The notes beneath the pieces were generated by a model that was not told the DNA's origin, ran no database searches, and saw only the letters and a program-made list of their open reading frames with translations. Positions 1 through 9,179 of a DNA stretch of 35,897 nucleotides are shown here, one piece after another. A program made the position numbers and the translations under genes. The stretch's first letter is position 1. Every line of letters begins with the position of its first letter. This DNA is from an uncultured archaeon (GTDB lineage: Archaea; Thermoplasmatota; Penumbrarchaeia; JASLWR01). The DNA lies in contig CAYSHM010000004.1 of NCBI GenBank assembly GCA_964430885.1, positions 198,136 to 234,032 on the forward strand, written 5' to 3'.

Positions 1-174
1 ATTATCTCTCATATTATCAGGCAGTTTTGACAATTCCTCTCGGCCCTTGATGATCGTTCCGTTATCAAGATTGTTTTCAGTGGGTGCCTTGGGCATTTCT
101 ACAATGGTCGGTATCAGCATCAGGCAGGCTATTAGAAACGCGGTTATAAGAATTGATGATCTTCCCTTTTTCAT
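1..174 (-). CDS. Secreted/surface protein, N-terminal fragment (runs off the window start)
   Basis: Not in the ORF track. ATG at 174 preceded by CAGGAGGG RBS; frame open to base 1: MKKGRSSILITAFLIACLMLIPTIVEMPKAPTENNLDNGTIIKGREELSKLPDNMRDN. Basic n-region plus hydrophobic h-region indicates a signal peptide. Confidence 0.75.
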   Translation of the reverse strand, partial: MKKGRSSILITAFLIACLMLIPTIVEMPKAPTENNLDNGTIIKGREELSKLPDNMRDN

Positions 175-427
175 GAAATTCCCTCCTGTGAAAGAATATC
201 GAAGGTATACATAATTGAAGAGTGTACATATAATTGACGGGATTTATTATGATTTTATATAGGCAGAAAAGTAAGTCGAATCGAATAAAAAGAAAATGAA
301 TTCAAAACTGATGGTTCTTAGAATTAAAGGACAAATGTCCAGACCCTTCCTGATTTGACCATTATCATGAATAATAATAGCGAATGGACTTTGAAAAATA
401 ATTGTTGACCGATAATACCAGGAAGGC

Positions 428-889
428 TCAGAAGTCTTCTTCCATAAGTTCCATGGCCTCTTCTGCAGTGGCTCCTTCCTCAATTATTTTCTGGAAACAA
501 GGCAGATGATTGTCCATGATCACAACATTTCCGTAAACCACATTGGATACCAGTGCAGGGGTGAGACGGTCGTTCATCACATCGATTCCCGTCTTGAACC
601 TGATCTGATTTCCGTCGGGGTCCATCTCCATGTTGCCCAAGTACATTCCGAAATTCGCCATATTGATGAACTCCATGATCTTCTTCCTGTTATCATCATT
701 TATGCCTTCAGGTTCCAGAATGGAATGGAAGACAAAGAGTCCGTCCTCTTCCTCTACGGTGGCTTGGCAGTCAAATTCACCGTTTTCCCCTACAAAGTGA
801 ACGATCAGTTTACCCTTTCTTATGCTGGGAACTGTCTTCCAGCCTTCTTCTTTAAATAATTCCTTTATCATATCTAGCATTCCGGCCAT
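428..889 (-). CDS. YbjN-family protein (putative sensory-transduction regulator, T3SS-chaperone-like fold)
   Basis: Part of ORF 428..1072; likely start MAGMLD at 889 because the upstream part looks non-coding. Acidic ~150 aa with EFINMANFGMYLGNMEMDPDGNQIRFK, typical of YbjN domains. Confidence 0.75.
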   Translation of the reverse strand: MAGMLDMIKELFKEEGWKTVPSIRKGKLIVHFVGENGEFDCQATVEEEDGLFVFHSILEPEGINDDNRKKIMEFINMANFGMYLGNMEMDPDGNQIRFKTGIDVMNDRLTPALVSNVVYGNVVIMDNHLPCFQKIIEEGATAEEAMELMEEDF

Positions 890-1001
890 GGATAACACCA
901 CATAATTCTTAGCTAATATGGAAACCGCATCCATTCTGGCGGCGGTTTTCGACACACAAAAGCCCGCAGGCTTATGTTCATTGGTTAATTGAACTCTCTG
1001 G

Positions 1002-1010
1002 TATATAAAA
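1002..1010 (-). promoter_or_regulatory. Putative archaeal TATA box for the YbjN-like gene
   Basis: Minus strand reads TTTTATATA, preceded by purine-rich GAAATCAAG, about 115 nt upstream of the start at 889. Confidence 0.35.
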
Positions 1011-1084
1011 CTTGATTTCATTGTTAATTGGCAGATATCATTATCTATCTTATCCAGTAAGGGAAGGGTCAATTTTTCATGGGG

Positions 1085-2188
1085 TCATATCCCATTATTC
1101 TCATTCAATATCTTCATTCTCGCCCAGTAGAACCTCATTCTCTCTTCAGGTCTGAACTTGTTCTTGTATCGGTGCAGTTCCGTTCTCCACGTGGGTCCAT
1201 CATTGATGAGAAGGTACCCCTTATCATGGACTTCTTTCCAGAAATCCATCTGAGCGTATTCAGAGAGATGGGGTATTTTTACATCCGCGATGCCTACCGC
1301 ATGGGCGAAAACATTGCTCTCACTGAAAAGGCCCAGGGGATATCCGAAATTGAAAGCCGCCACCTTCCCGTCCACCTTCAGCACTCTGGAAATAGGCGTA
1401 TGGAAATCCTGCACATTATCCTCTCCATCTAAATCATGCGCCAGTGCAACAGCCATTTTATCGCTTCGTATATCGAAGAAAGATTGATTTGTGCTGCTTA
1501 GTCTTTCGCTGCGCCACTGTCCTATTAGATGTTCTACCTCTTCTCTGTATTGATGGATGGGGACAGCCTCTACTCTATGTCCCTCTTTCTTGAAGCTGTT
1601 GAGATGCCAGCGGAGATTTGAAAATTCTCGCCCTCTATTCTCCATGGATTTTTTCAGATTATACAGATTGTAGTTAAGTTCCTTGAGTTTTGACAGCTGG
1701 AATCGGCCATTGTTTTTCTCTTCCGCTCTCTTATGTAATAGGATACCTGCGGTACCGGGTATGTCCCTTAACAGAATAGTTCGGTTTTTCAGGTTTCTGA
1801 ATATTTCCATGAAAATATCTTCAGAAAGAAAACCTTTCAGGTCCTGGAGTGCTGTATTGAAGGATTCGAATTCAGGCATCGACAGGTGTAGTTGATCATA
1901 GTGCCGTCCTCTGAAACTTCCCATAAATACGGTACTGTTCCGTACGGAGATGAATGGAATATCAGGAGGGGCGCAGTAATAAAGATAGAAATGCAGTATG
2001 CTGTAGTTATAGGGCGGAATTTCCCTAGAAGGTTTTATTCGTCGGCCCCGGATATTTCCAATGAATCTATATTGATCCCGCAGATCTGAAAGTTCGGGTT
2101 TACTTCTTTTTAAAAACCAGAAATCTTTGGCTTTCGATAGAACCTCCCTTACGAAGCAGGCGCCGCTGTTATCAGTCATTTCGATCAA
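1085..2188 (-). CDS. DUF2156 / phosphatidylglycerol-lysyltransferase C-terminal-like protein (double-GNAT fold), soluble
   Basis: Motifs GREFSNLRWHLNSF, KVDGKVAAFNFG, YLLIND and ELHRYKNKFRP match the DUF2156/MprF-C/FemABX pattern. No transmembrane segments. Start is TTG 2188 or ATG 2179. Confidence 0.65.
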   Translation of the reverse strand: MIEMTDNSGACFVREVLSKAKDFWFLKRSKPELSDLRDQYRFIGNIRGRRIKPSREIPPYNYSILHFYLYYCAPPDIPFISVRNSTVFMGSFRGRHYDQLHLSMPEFESFNTALQDLKGFLSEDIFMEIFRNLKNRTILLRDIPGTAGILLHKRAEEKNNGRFQLSKLKELNYNLYNLKKSMENRGREFSNLRWHLNSFKKEGHRVEAVPIHQYREEVEHLIGQWRSERLSSTNQSFFDIRSDKMAVALAHDLDGEDNVQDFHTPISRVLKVDGKVAAFNFGYPLGLFSESNVFAHAVGIADVKIPHLSEYAQMDFWKEVHDKGYLLINDGPTWRTELHRYKNKFRPEERMRFYWARMKILNENNGI

Positions 2189-2428
2189 GAACGGTATAGG
2201 CCAAAACTGCTAGATATATTTTATTGCCTGTAGAATTTACATTCAATTGATCATTTTTCCCTGTTTATTTTCATGAGATTTCCTAAATATACAGCTTATG
2301 AATTGGTGATAGCTTCTTTTCGATGGAATCTCGGTTGGTGACTTTACACCAATACAGTTAAGTAAGGTAAATCCAATTATTATTTCTTAATTAATCCAGC
2401 GTAATCAAGCATATCCAGAGGTATATTA

Positions 2429-2770
2429 TTGAATCACTTGAGAACTCCATTAATGTCGGCTATTTGCTTATTATCGATCCTGCTTTCATGCGGTTGTATG
2501 GACTTTGGCGGAGATAGTGATAATGATAAGGTCGATAATGATTATGGCGACGGTGTTTTACTGGTAGAGTTCATTTACAAGATCAACGAGGAAAAGGCAG
2601 GGGAGATCATCGCTAAATACAATTTGACGATACTTGATAGCGAACTTGATAAAATCGGCTATGTTGAACATTCATTGGTCGAGGTCCCAAGGAACAAGGA
2701 ACTGTATTATGCTGAAATACTTATTCAAGATACCTATATTAAAGATGTTTATAGAAGTGGAAGTTATTGA
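2429..2770 (+). CDS. Small putative lipoprotein with subtilase-propeptide (I9/fervidolysin-prodomain)-like domain
   Basis: GAGGT RBS before TTG; hydrophobic leader ending LLSCGC; acidic linker; then GVLLVEF...AGEIIAKYNLTIL...LVEVP...YIKDV, a beta-alpha-beta-beta-alpha-beta pattern like S8 prodomains. Confidence 0.5.
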   Translation: MNHLRTPLMSAICLLSILLSCGCMDFGGDSDNDKVDNDYGDGVLLVEFIYKINEEKAGEIIAKYNLTILDSELDKIGYVEHSLVEVPRNKELYYAEILIQDTYIKDVYRSGSY

Positions 2771-2848
2771 AGATTAATTAAATTCAGATAATTTTCCTGA
2801 ATTATTAATTGAACGATTTTTAATAAAATTTTAATTGATTAGTATGGG

Positions 2849-4369
2849 TCAATTATATCTTCCGTATAACTTGTTCAGTTCCCTGATATATTCTGCCCGT
2901 TGCCCGAGGCCCAAACCTTCTCTCATGCGCCATTCCCAATTACCTTTTCCAAAACCTGGTCTGTTCATCCTAGCCGAACTGTCGAGGCCCAATATGTCCT
3001 GCATGGGTATTACAGCAGTATCGGCCACGGACATCAATGCACAGCGTATCATCTTCATATGTATGTTGTCTCCATTAATATCCGGTCCAAAATATGCCTT
3101 TACCCTTTCGCGGGTTTCAGAATCGATATCACGGATGAACCATCCTCTCGTGGTATTGTTATCATGAGTTCCGGTATAAACCGCGCAGTGAGCAATGTGG
3201 TTGTGGGGTGCATAGGGATTCTCCGACATCTTCCTTCCAAAGGCAAATTGCAGTATTCTCATCCCTGGCAGGTTGAAATTTCGCATAAGTTCTCTGACCT
3301 TTTTCGTAATAGTCCCCAAGTCCTCGGCGATTATGGGCAGTTCTTCATGGTCATCTCTCAACAGCTCCAGGAGCTGAGCTCCTGGCCCCGTGACCCATTG
3401 TCCGTTGACAGCGGTTCTTTCACTTGCTTGCACCTCCCAATAAGCCTCAAGGCCTCTGAAGTGATCCAATCTTACCATGTCGTACATTCGGAGATTGTGT
3501 TTTACCCTCTCTCTCCACCAGGAGAAATTGTCTTTTCGGTGTTCATTCCAGTTGTATACAGGATTGCCCCACAGCTGACCGGTCTTGCTGAAATAATCCG
3601 GCGGTACCCCTGCCACAAGAGAACGTTCTCCTTCCTCCTTCAACTTGAAAAGATGTCTGTTTGACCATACATCGGCGCTGTCATGATCTACATATATTGG
3701 CAGATCCCCCATTATCGCGATGCCATTTTTATTGCAGTGGACCTTCAGATGCATCCACTGCCTGAAGAACAGGAATTGCTGGAATTTCACATATTTGATC
3801 TCTGTTTCCAGTTTTTCCCCTTTTTCCCTCAAAGCGGAAGCATCCCTGTTCTTCAATGGTTCAGGCCAGTTCACCCAGGAGGCGTCTTCGAATTTTTCCT
3901 TGAAGGACATGAAATGGGAATAGGGGCCCAGCCAGCTTTCATTTTCATTGATGAAAGAATGGAAATCCGAACATAGGTTTTCTCTCGCTTTATCATCCTG
4001 ATTGAATCTTCGGTATGCTTTTTTGAGTATGCTCTCCTTGTAGCTGGCGACCTTGGGATAATCCACTCGTTCTGCAGGAAATTCGGGAATAGGACGTATC
4101 TCTTCCTCAAGAAGAAGTCTGTCCTCCACCAGCAGGTCAGGGCTGATGAAAAGTGGATTTCCGGCAAATGCCGATGCGCTTACATAAGGGGAATTGCCGC
4201 AGAACTCCTTTGTAGGGGTGAGAGGCAGTATCTGCCATATTCTCTGTCCGCTGTTCTTAAGGAAATCAACGAATCGGTATGCTTCCGGCCCCAGGTCTCC
4301 GATTCCGTATCTGGATGGAAGGGAACTGATGTGTATAAGTACGCCGCTTCTTCGGTTTCGCCCTGTCAT
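2849..4369 (-). CDS. malQ: 4-alpha-glucanotransferase (amylomaltase, GH77)
   Basis: SGVLIHISSLP, WQILPL, GDLPIYV, GVPPDYFSKTGQLWGNP, and catalytic motifs RLDHFRG, AEDLG, YTGTHDN. Confidence 0.97.
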   Translation of the reverse strand: MTGRNRRSGVLIHISSLPSRYGIGDLGPEAYRFVDFLKNSGQRIWQILPLTPTKEFCGNSPYVSASAFAGNPLFISPDLLVEDRLLLEEEIRPIPEFPAERVDYPKVASYKESILKKAYRRFNQDDKARENLCSDFHSFINENESWLGPYSHFMSFKEKFEDASWVNWPEPLKNRDASALREKGEKLETEIKYVKFQQFLFFRQWMHLKVHCNKNGIAIMGDLPIYVDHDSADVWSNRHLFKLKEEGERSLVAGVPPDYFSKTGQLWGNPVYNWNEHRKDNFSWWRERVKHNLRMYDMVRLDHFRGLEAYWEVQASERTAVNGQWVTGPGAQLLELLRDDHEELPIIAEDLGTITKKVRELMRNFNLPGMRILQFAFGRKMSENPYAPHNHIAHCAVYTGTHDNNTTRGWFIRDIDSETRERVKAYFGPDINGDNIHMKMIRCALMSVADTAVIPMQDILGLDSSARMNRPGFGKGNWEWRMREGLGLGQRAEYIRELNKLYGRYN

Positions 4370-4426
4370 TTTGCATCGCCGTTATTTATCCTTTTCATCT
4401 GTTCAATTATTCTGCGCGGTCCTGCT

Positions 4427-6883
4427 TCATATCTCGCCGTATCTAATGCCCAGAATGGTACCTAGTTGGGTAAAAGTATTAAGCCAGTCTACTGCATCAG
4501 CATCGCCCTTTTCGGCTTGTTCACTCATCAACAGATATATCTGTTTGCCATTTCTGTAATATACATTCTGCAGTCTCCACCATTCGATATCATCGGTATA
4601 TCTTTTCATTAGGTCCAGGATGTCGACCAAAATATCCATGAGAAAATGGTCTTCCGGAGAACTGGATAGGTCAAAGGTGGCATTGTAGATCCATTCCCTC
4701 AGTAGTTTTTTCATTTTTTTTTCATCAGGAACAATACCGAAACGCTCGGCCCTCAAGAACAATTTTTTCATTACAACAATATCGGGTTTTTTCTCTCTCA
4801 ATTCTCTGAATATTCCATGGCAAACAACTATCTTCACCACGTTTTCAAGGTGCTCAGGCAGTATCATATCCGATGTAGCAACAGTATTGATAAGCGAGTA
4901 ATGACGGTACCACAATTCTAGAGCTGATTGGTAGGAGTCTTCCCTGGAATCAGCCAGCAATCTTTCTAATATGTTCTCCTCCTGGTCCTTGAAGAGGTGA
5001 TGGATGGTGAAACCGTAATCCTGGAAATGCTGCTTCATCATCATGAGAACATCGGGGATGTCGCCCTTTTCGAAACTATCAGTAAGGAGCCTCTTCATCT
5101 CATCGTAGGAGTGTTCATCTATATTTTCATCTACTGTGAGAGCTGCCCTTAGATTCTGATTCCCCATATGGAGGGCGGCAAAGGCCGCCTTTTCACTGGC
5201 TTGGGTAATGGCGGAGCTTATCTTCCCTTTACCGAGTACAAGAGTGTTGTTTCCAGCTTTCATATGTACCATATCTTCGGAATCAAATCTGAAGCTGTAG
5301 ATATTCTCCTCTTCATTTCCTTTGGATTGTCCCCTTCCTTTTCTGAAAACCGATGATAGAACGAAATGAGCAGCGGCCTTCTTGAAATCAACCTTCATGT
5401 GCTTTATTTCCTTCCTGAAAATGTCTGCTGCGCTGCCGATCTCAGGGATATTAGAAGGGACCTTTTCAAGCATATCTAGGAAGACGGGTTCAAGGTTTTT
5501 TCCTGATACGACCTTTGCCAGCTGAATGCCCCTGAGTGCATGAGCCATTATCTGGAGGGTCTCTATACCTGATATCTCCGCGAAGAACCATCCGCAGCTT
5601 GTATACATAAGCATGGCCTGTCTCTGCATCTCCCAGCATCTTAAAAGTTTGACCAAGTCAGAAGAATTCAATTTATCTGAACAATGTTCCCGGGCAAAAT
5701 CATCCAAGTTTCCCATACTCCTGTCAAGTATCACTTCGATATAGGAATTCCGAGCTTCCCAGGGGTCCTTGAGGATATCCTTGGTTTCCTCAGTATATAT
5801 ATTCCTGAAGGATTTTCTAAGCCAATCCAGGGCTTCTCTGAGAGGACCTCTCCATTTCTGATTCCATTCTTCCATCCCGCCTGTGGTGCATCCGCAATCG
5901 CTTCTCCATCTCTCCACACCGTGAAAACAGCTCCATGAGGAGTTCTCCTTTATCCTAACAAGATGATCGGGTGGGCGGATATTGAGAAAGGTATGATAAT
6001 CAGTAATCTTTACGCCGCATTTCTCGTTAAGATAGTAAAGACAGTAGCTCAAAGCCATTTCTCCGAAAGAATGATGGTGTCCGTATGTTTCACCATCTGT
6101 AGCTATATTTACCATCTCATGTACCTGTTCGCCAATGCTTTCCTGGGAAAATATCGATTGTATCCTCCGTGCAAAACCCTTTCCGTCCTTCAGTAGATCA
6201 TTGAAGGCTACATCTTTGGCTGTATGTCCGTCATAGAAGAATATGCTAATCTCTTTTCCGGATGGTAATCTGCATAGATATGGCACCCTGGTATCGATAC
6301 TGCCGTCTGATACATCTATCCATCTATTCGAGTCCAATGGGGATATTTCTTCAGCCTGATGGGGTGCAAGTATCACGAACTGAAGGCCACGATCGGCCAT
6401 TATCTCCAGCGTTCCCAGATCAACTGCTGTTTCCGGGAGCCACATCCCCTTGGGTTCTCTATTGAATCTATAGCGGAAGTCTTCAATTCCCCATATTATC
6501 TGGGTTTCCTTATCCCTTTTGTCCGCCAAGGGCATAATGATATGATTGTAGCACTGTGCCATGGCCCCGTAAGAATCAGACTTTTCCATTCTATCCGAGG
6601 CAATTATGGTGTTGTACAGCTCTTCATCGTTATCCTTCATCCATGAAAGCAGCGTGGGTCCGAAATTAAAGCTAATATTTTGGTAATTATTGACCATTTT
6701 GATAACACGTTTCTCCCCGTTCAGTATTCTTGAAGCTGTATTCGGGGCATAACATTCCGCAGATATTCTCTGATTCCAGTCATGATATGGGTATGCCGAG
6801 GGCTGTCGCTCTATGCTCTCCAGCCACGGATTCTGCCTGGGGGGCTGGTAGAAATGACCATGTATGCAAACGTATCTGCTCAT
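4427..6883 (-). CDS. Glycoside hydrolase family 57 protein with DUF3536 domain
   Basis: Start MSRYVCIHGHFYQPPR at 6883 with GAGG RBS. Motifs SFNFGPTLL, MWLPETAVD (nucleophile Glu), ATDGETYGHH, SWSCFHGVERW, MYTSCGWFF. Confidence 0.93.
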   Translation of the reverse strand: MSRYVCIHGHFYQPPRQNPWLESIERQPSAYPYHDWNQRISAECYAPNTASRILNGEKRVIKMVNNYQNISFNFGPTLLSWMKDNDEELYNTIIASDRMEKSDSYGAMAQCYNHIIMPLADKRDKETQIIWGIEDFRYRFNREPKGMWLPETAVDLGTLEIMADRGLQFVILAPHQAEEISPLDSNRWIDVSDGSIDTRVPYLCRLPSGKEISIFFYDGHTAKDVAFNDLLKDGKGFARRIQSIFSQESIGEQVHEMVNIATDGETYGHHHSFGEMALSYCLYYLNEKCGVKITDYHTFLNIRPPDHLVRIKENSSWSCFHGVERWRSDCGCTTGGMEEWNQKWRGPLREALDWLRKSFRNIYTEETKDILKDPWEARNSYIEVILDRSMGNLDDFAREHCSDKLNSSDLVKLLRCWEMQRQAMLMYTSCGWFFAEISGIETLQIMAHALRGIQLAKVVSGKNLEPVFLDMLEKVPSNIPEIGSAADIFRKEIKHMKVDFKKAAAHFVLSSVFRKGRGQSKGNEEENIYSFRFDSEDMVHMKAGNNTLVLGKGKISSAITQASEKAAFAALHMGNQNLRAALTVDENIDEHSYDEMKRLLTDSFEKGDIPDVLMMMKQHFQDYGFTIHHLFKDQEENILERLLADSREDSYQSALELWYRHYSLINTVATSDMILPEHLENVVKIVVCHGIFRELREKKPDIVVMKKLFLRAERFGIVPDEKKMKKLLREWIYNATFDLSSSPEDHFLMDILVDILDLMKRYTDDIEWWRLQNVYYRNGKQIYLLMSEQAEKGDADAVDWLNTFTQLGTILGIRYGEI

Positions 6884-6924
6884 TTGATGTCCTCGTTTTT
6901 TCGATAGATCGCCGTCAAGCTGAA

Positions 6925-8922
6925 TCATTCAGGTTCAAGTATCATGATCCCCAAGGGTGGGAGATCAAGTACCAGGGTGTAGGATCTTCCGTGTATCTCC
7001 TTCCTGCTGGTGAGTGCCTCCCTATTGCCCACACCGCTGCCGCAGAACTCAATTGCATCACTGTTCAGGAGTACCCTCCATTTACCTTCTTTTGGAACGC
7101 CTATATTGTATCCCTTCCTCACCATAGGTGTGAAGTTGCACACTACAAGAAGCATTCCTTTTTCAGTTTCATCGCTGTTCTTATAGCCCAATCTCAAGAA
7201 GGATATTACACTCTGGACCGAATCGGAGCAGTCCACCCATTGAAAACCTTCCTCCTGGCAGTCGAGTAAATGCAGTGCTCCTTTCTCTCTGTAAATTCTA
7301 TTGAGGGCTTCGATCCAATTCAGGAGGCCAATTCTGTGTTCGTTCGGGGTACTTTTCCAATCCAGTTCTCCCTCGTGGGTCCATTCGCTTTTCTGCCCGA
7401 ACTCGCCGCCCATGAACAGCAGCTTCTTACCGGGCTGGGTGAACATATATCCCATCATCAGACGGAGATTGGCAAATCTCTGCCATTCATCCCCTTTCAT
7501 CTTTCCTATGAGAGAGCCCTTTCCGTATACGGTCTCATCGTGGGATAGGGATAGAACGAAGTTTTCGGTAAATGCATAGAGCATCCGGAAGGTCAATCGC
7601 TCATGATGATACTTTCTATGGACTGGATCCATTGACATATAGTCTAGGGTGTCATGCATCCAGCCCATGTCCCATTTGAATCCGAACCCCAAACCGCCCA
7701 GATAGGTGGGTCTAGATACCATTGGCCAGGCAGTTGATTCTTCGGCGAAGGTCTGAACTCCGGGGAATTCAGCATATATGTGCTCGTTGAGCCTTCTTAG
7801 AAAGAATAATGCGTCCAGATTCTCGTTGCCTCCGAACTCGTTCGGTATCCATTCCCCCTCCTTTCTGGAATAATCCAGATATAGCATTGATGCCACGGCA
7901 TCCACCCTTATCCCGTCCGCGTGATATTTGTCCAGCCAGAATGATGCACTGCTGATGAGGAATTCCGCCACCTCGTTCCTTCCGTAATTGAATATCATGC
8001 TCTTCCAGTCAGGATGGAATCCCTTTCTTTTATCAGCATGTTCGTAGAGGTGGGTTCCGTCAAAGAATGCCAGCCCATGTTCATCTCCGGGAAAGTGGGA
8101 GGGGACCCAGTCGAGAATTACTCCAATATTGTTCTGATGAAGATGATCGATGAAATATTTCAGATCCTCCGGTGAACCGTATCTTGCTGTGGGAGCGAAA
8201 TATGAAAGGGTCTGGTACCCCCATGAACCGTAGAATGGATGCTCCATGACCGGGAGGAGTTCCACATGGGTGAACCCGCATTTTTTCACATGGTCGGCTA
8301 GCAGATGGGCTATATCCCTGTAGTTGAGGAATTCTCCATCTTTCCTTTTCCAAGATCCTAAATGAACCTCATATATTGAAACGGGTGAAGTATGAATGTC
8401 CGCCTTTTCCCTTTTTTTCATCCACTCATTATCCTTCCATTTGTAGCTGCCGATGAAGACCTTGGATGCGGTTTTAGGGGGTATCTCCGTTGCAAAGGCA
8501 AAGGGGTCGCTTTTATCGATTGCATAATCCTCCTGCCGGGATACGATGTGGAATTTGTAAAGTTCACCCACTCCGATGTCCTCAATGAATCCTTCCCATA
8601 TTCCGGACCCGTCATCCCTGTCAGAGAGAGGGTGTTTTTCAGGTTTCCATTCATTAAAATTACCAATCACCGTCACCCCTCTGGCATTTGGGGCCCAAAC
8701 AGCGAAATAGGTGCCCTTTTTACCCTTTCTCTTCATTGGGTGGGCTCCAAGCTTATCAAAGAGCATGAAATGGCTTCCTTCCTTGAAGAGGTATATATCG
8801 CCTTCCATGAACCTGCTTATGTCGTAATAGACCGCAGGCTCTCTGGTACTGGATGCTGTCTTCCTGTCTTCTGTCTTCTTACTGACAGGCTTCCTCTTTT
8901 TTTCCCTTCTTTTCCCTTTCAA
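6925..8922 (-). CDS. glgB: 1,4-alpha-glucan branching enzyme (GH13_9, CBM48)
   Basis: FAVWAPNA, IYEVHLGSW, SWGYQ, ILDWVPSHF, RVDAVASM, AEESTAWP, LSHDE, GKKLLFMG. TTG start with GGAGG RBS. Confidence 0.97.
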   Translation of the reverse strand: MKGKRREKKRKPVSKKTEDRKTASSTREPAVYYDISRFMEGDIYLFKEGSHFMLFDKLGAHPMKRKGKKGTYFAVWAPNARGVTVIGNFNEWKPEKHPLSDRDDGSGIWEGFIEDIGVGELYKFHIVSRQEDYAIDKSDPFAFATEIPPKTASKVFIGSYKWKDNEWMKKREKADIHTSPVSIYEVHLGSWKRKDGEFLNYRDIAHLLADHVKKCGFTHVELLPVMEHPFYGSWGYQTLSYFAPTARYGSPEDLKYFIDHLHQNNIGVILDWVPSHFPGDEHGLAFFDGTHLYEHADKRKGFHPDWKSMIFNYGRNEVAEFLISSASFWLDKYHADGIRVDAVASMLYLDYSRKEGEWIPNEFGGNENLDALFFLRRLNEHIYAEFPGVQTFAEESTAWPMVSRPTYLGGLGFGFKWDMGWMHDTLDYMSMDPVHRKYHHERLTFRMLYAFTENFVLSLSHDETVYGKGSLIGKMKGDEWQRFANLRLMMGYMFTQPGKKLLFMGGEFGQKSEWTHEGELDWKSTPNEHRIGLLNWIEALNRIYREKGALHLLDCQEEGFQWVDCSDSVQSVISFLRLGYKNSDETEKGMLLVVCNFTPMVRKGYNIGVPKEGKWRVLLNSDAIEFCGSGVGNREALTSRKEIHGRSYTLVLDLPPLGIMILEPE

Positions 8923-9179
8923 TCATCTATGCCTCCGAAAACCCTTGGATCATTGGACGAATAATCACTGACAACCGTTTAACAGTTATTTATTATATGT
9001 ATGTAATATTATACCTCATTGATGATGAAATAGATGCATGAACCACAGCTGAAATACCATTGCAGCGATGTTTGCCTCAATTCAGGTCAAAAGTGAGCCG
9101 GAAACATAAATATAACGGAGACCAGTGGGTGAAAATCATAGGTAAATACTTAAACAATCGGCCAATAAACTCACTATTT

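Noticed and set aside
205-237. Imperfect direct repeat TACATAATTGA / TACATATAATTGA upstream of the first gene
   Set aside because: Could be an operator, but two short AT-rich copies are insufficient evidence.
918-976. Plus-strand resemblance to a c-di-GMP-I riboswitch (GGAAACC...GAC...AAAGCC...GGCTTA)
   Set aside because: It lacks the GNRA-capped stem and downstream pairing arm, and no plus-strand gene follows.
890-1072. N-terminal extension of the YbjN ORF (similarly 9060-9179 for glgP and 6884-6928 for GH57)
   Set aside because: These extensions overlap promoter-like or intergenic sequence, and family motifs begin at the downstream ATGs.
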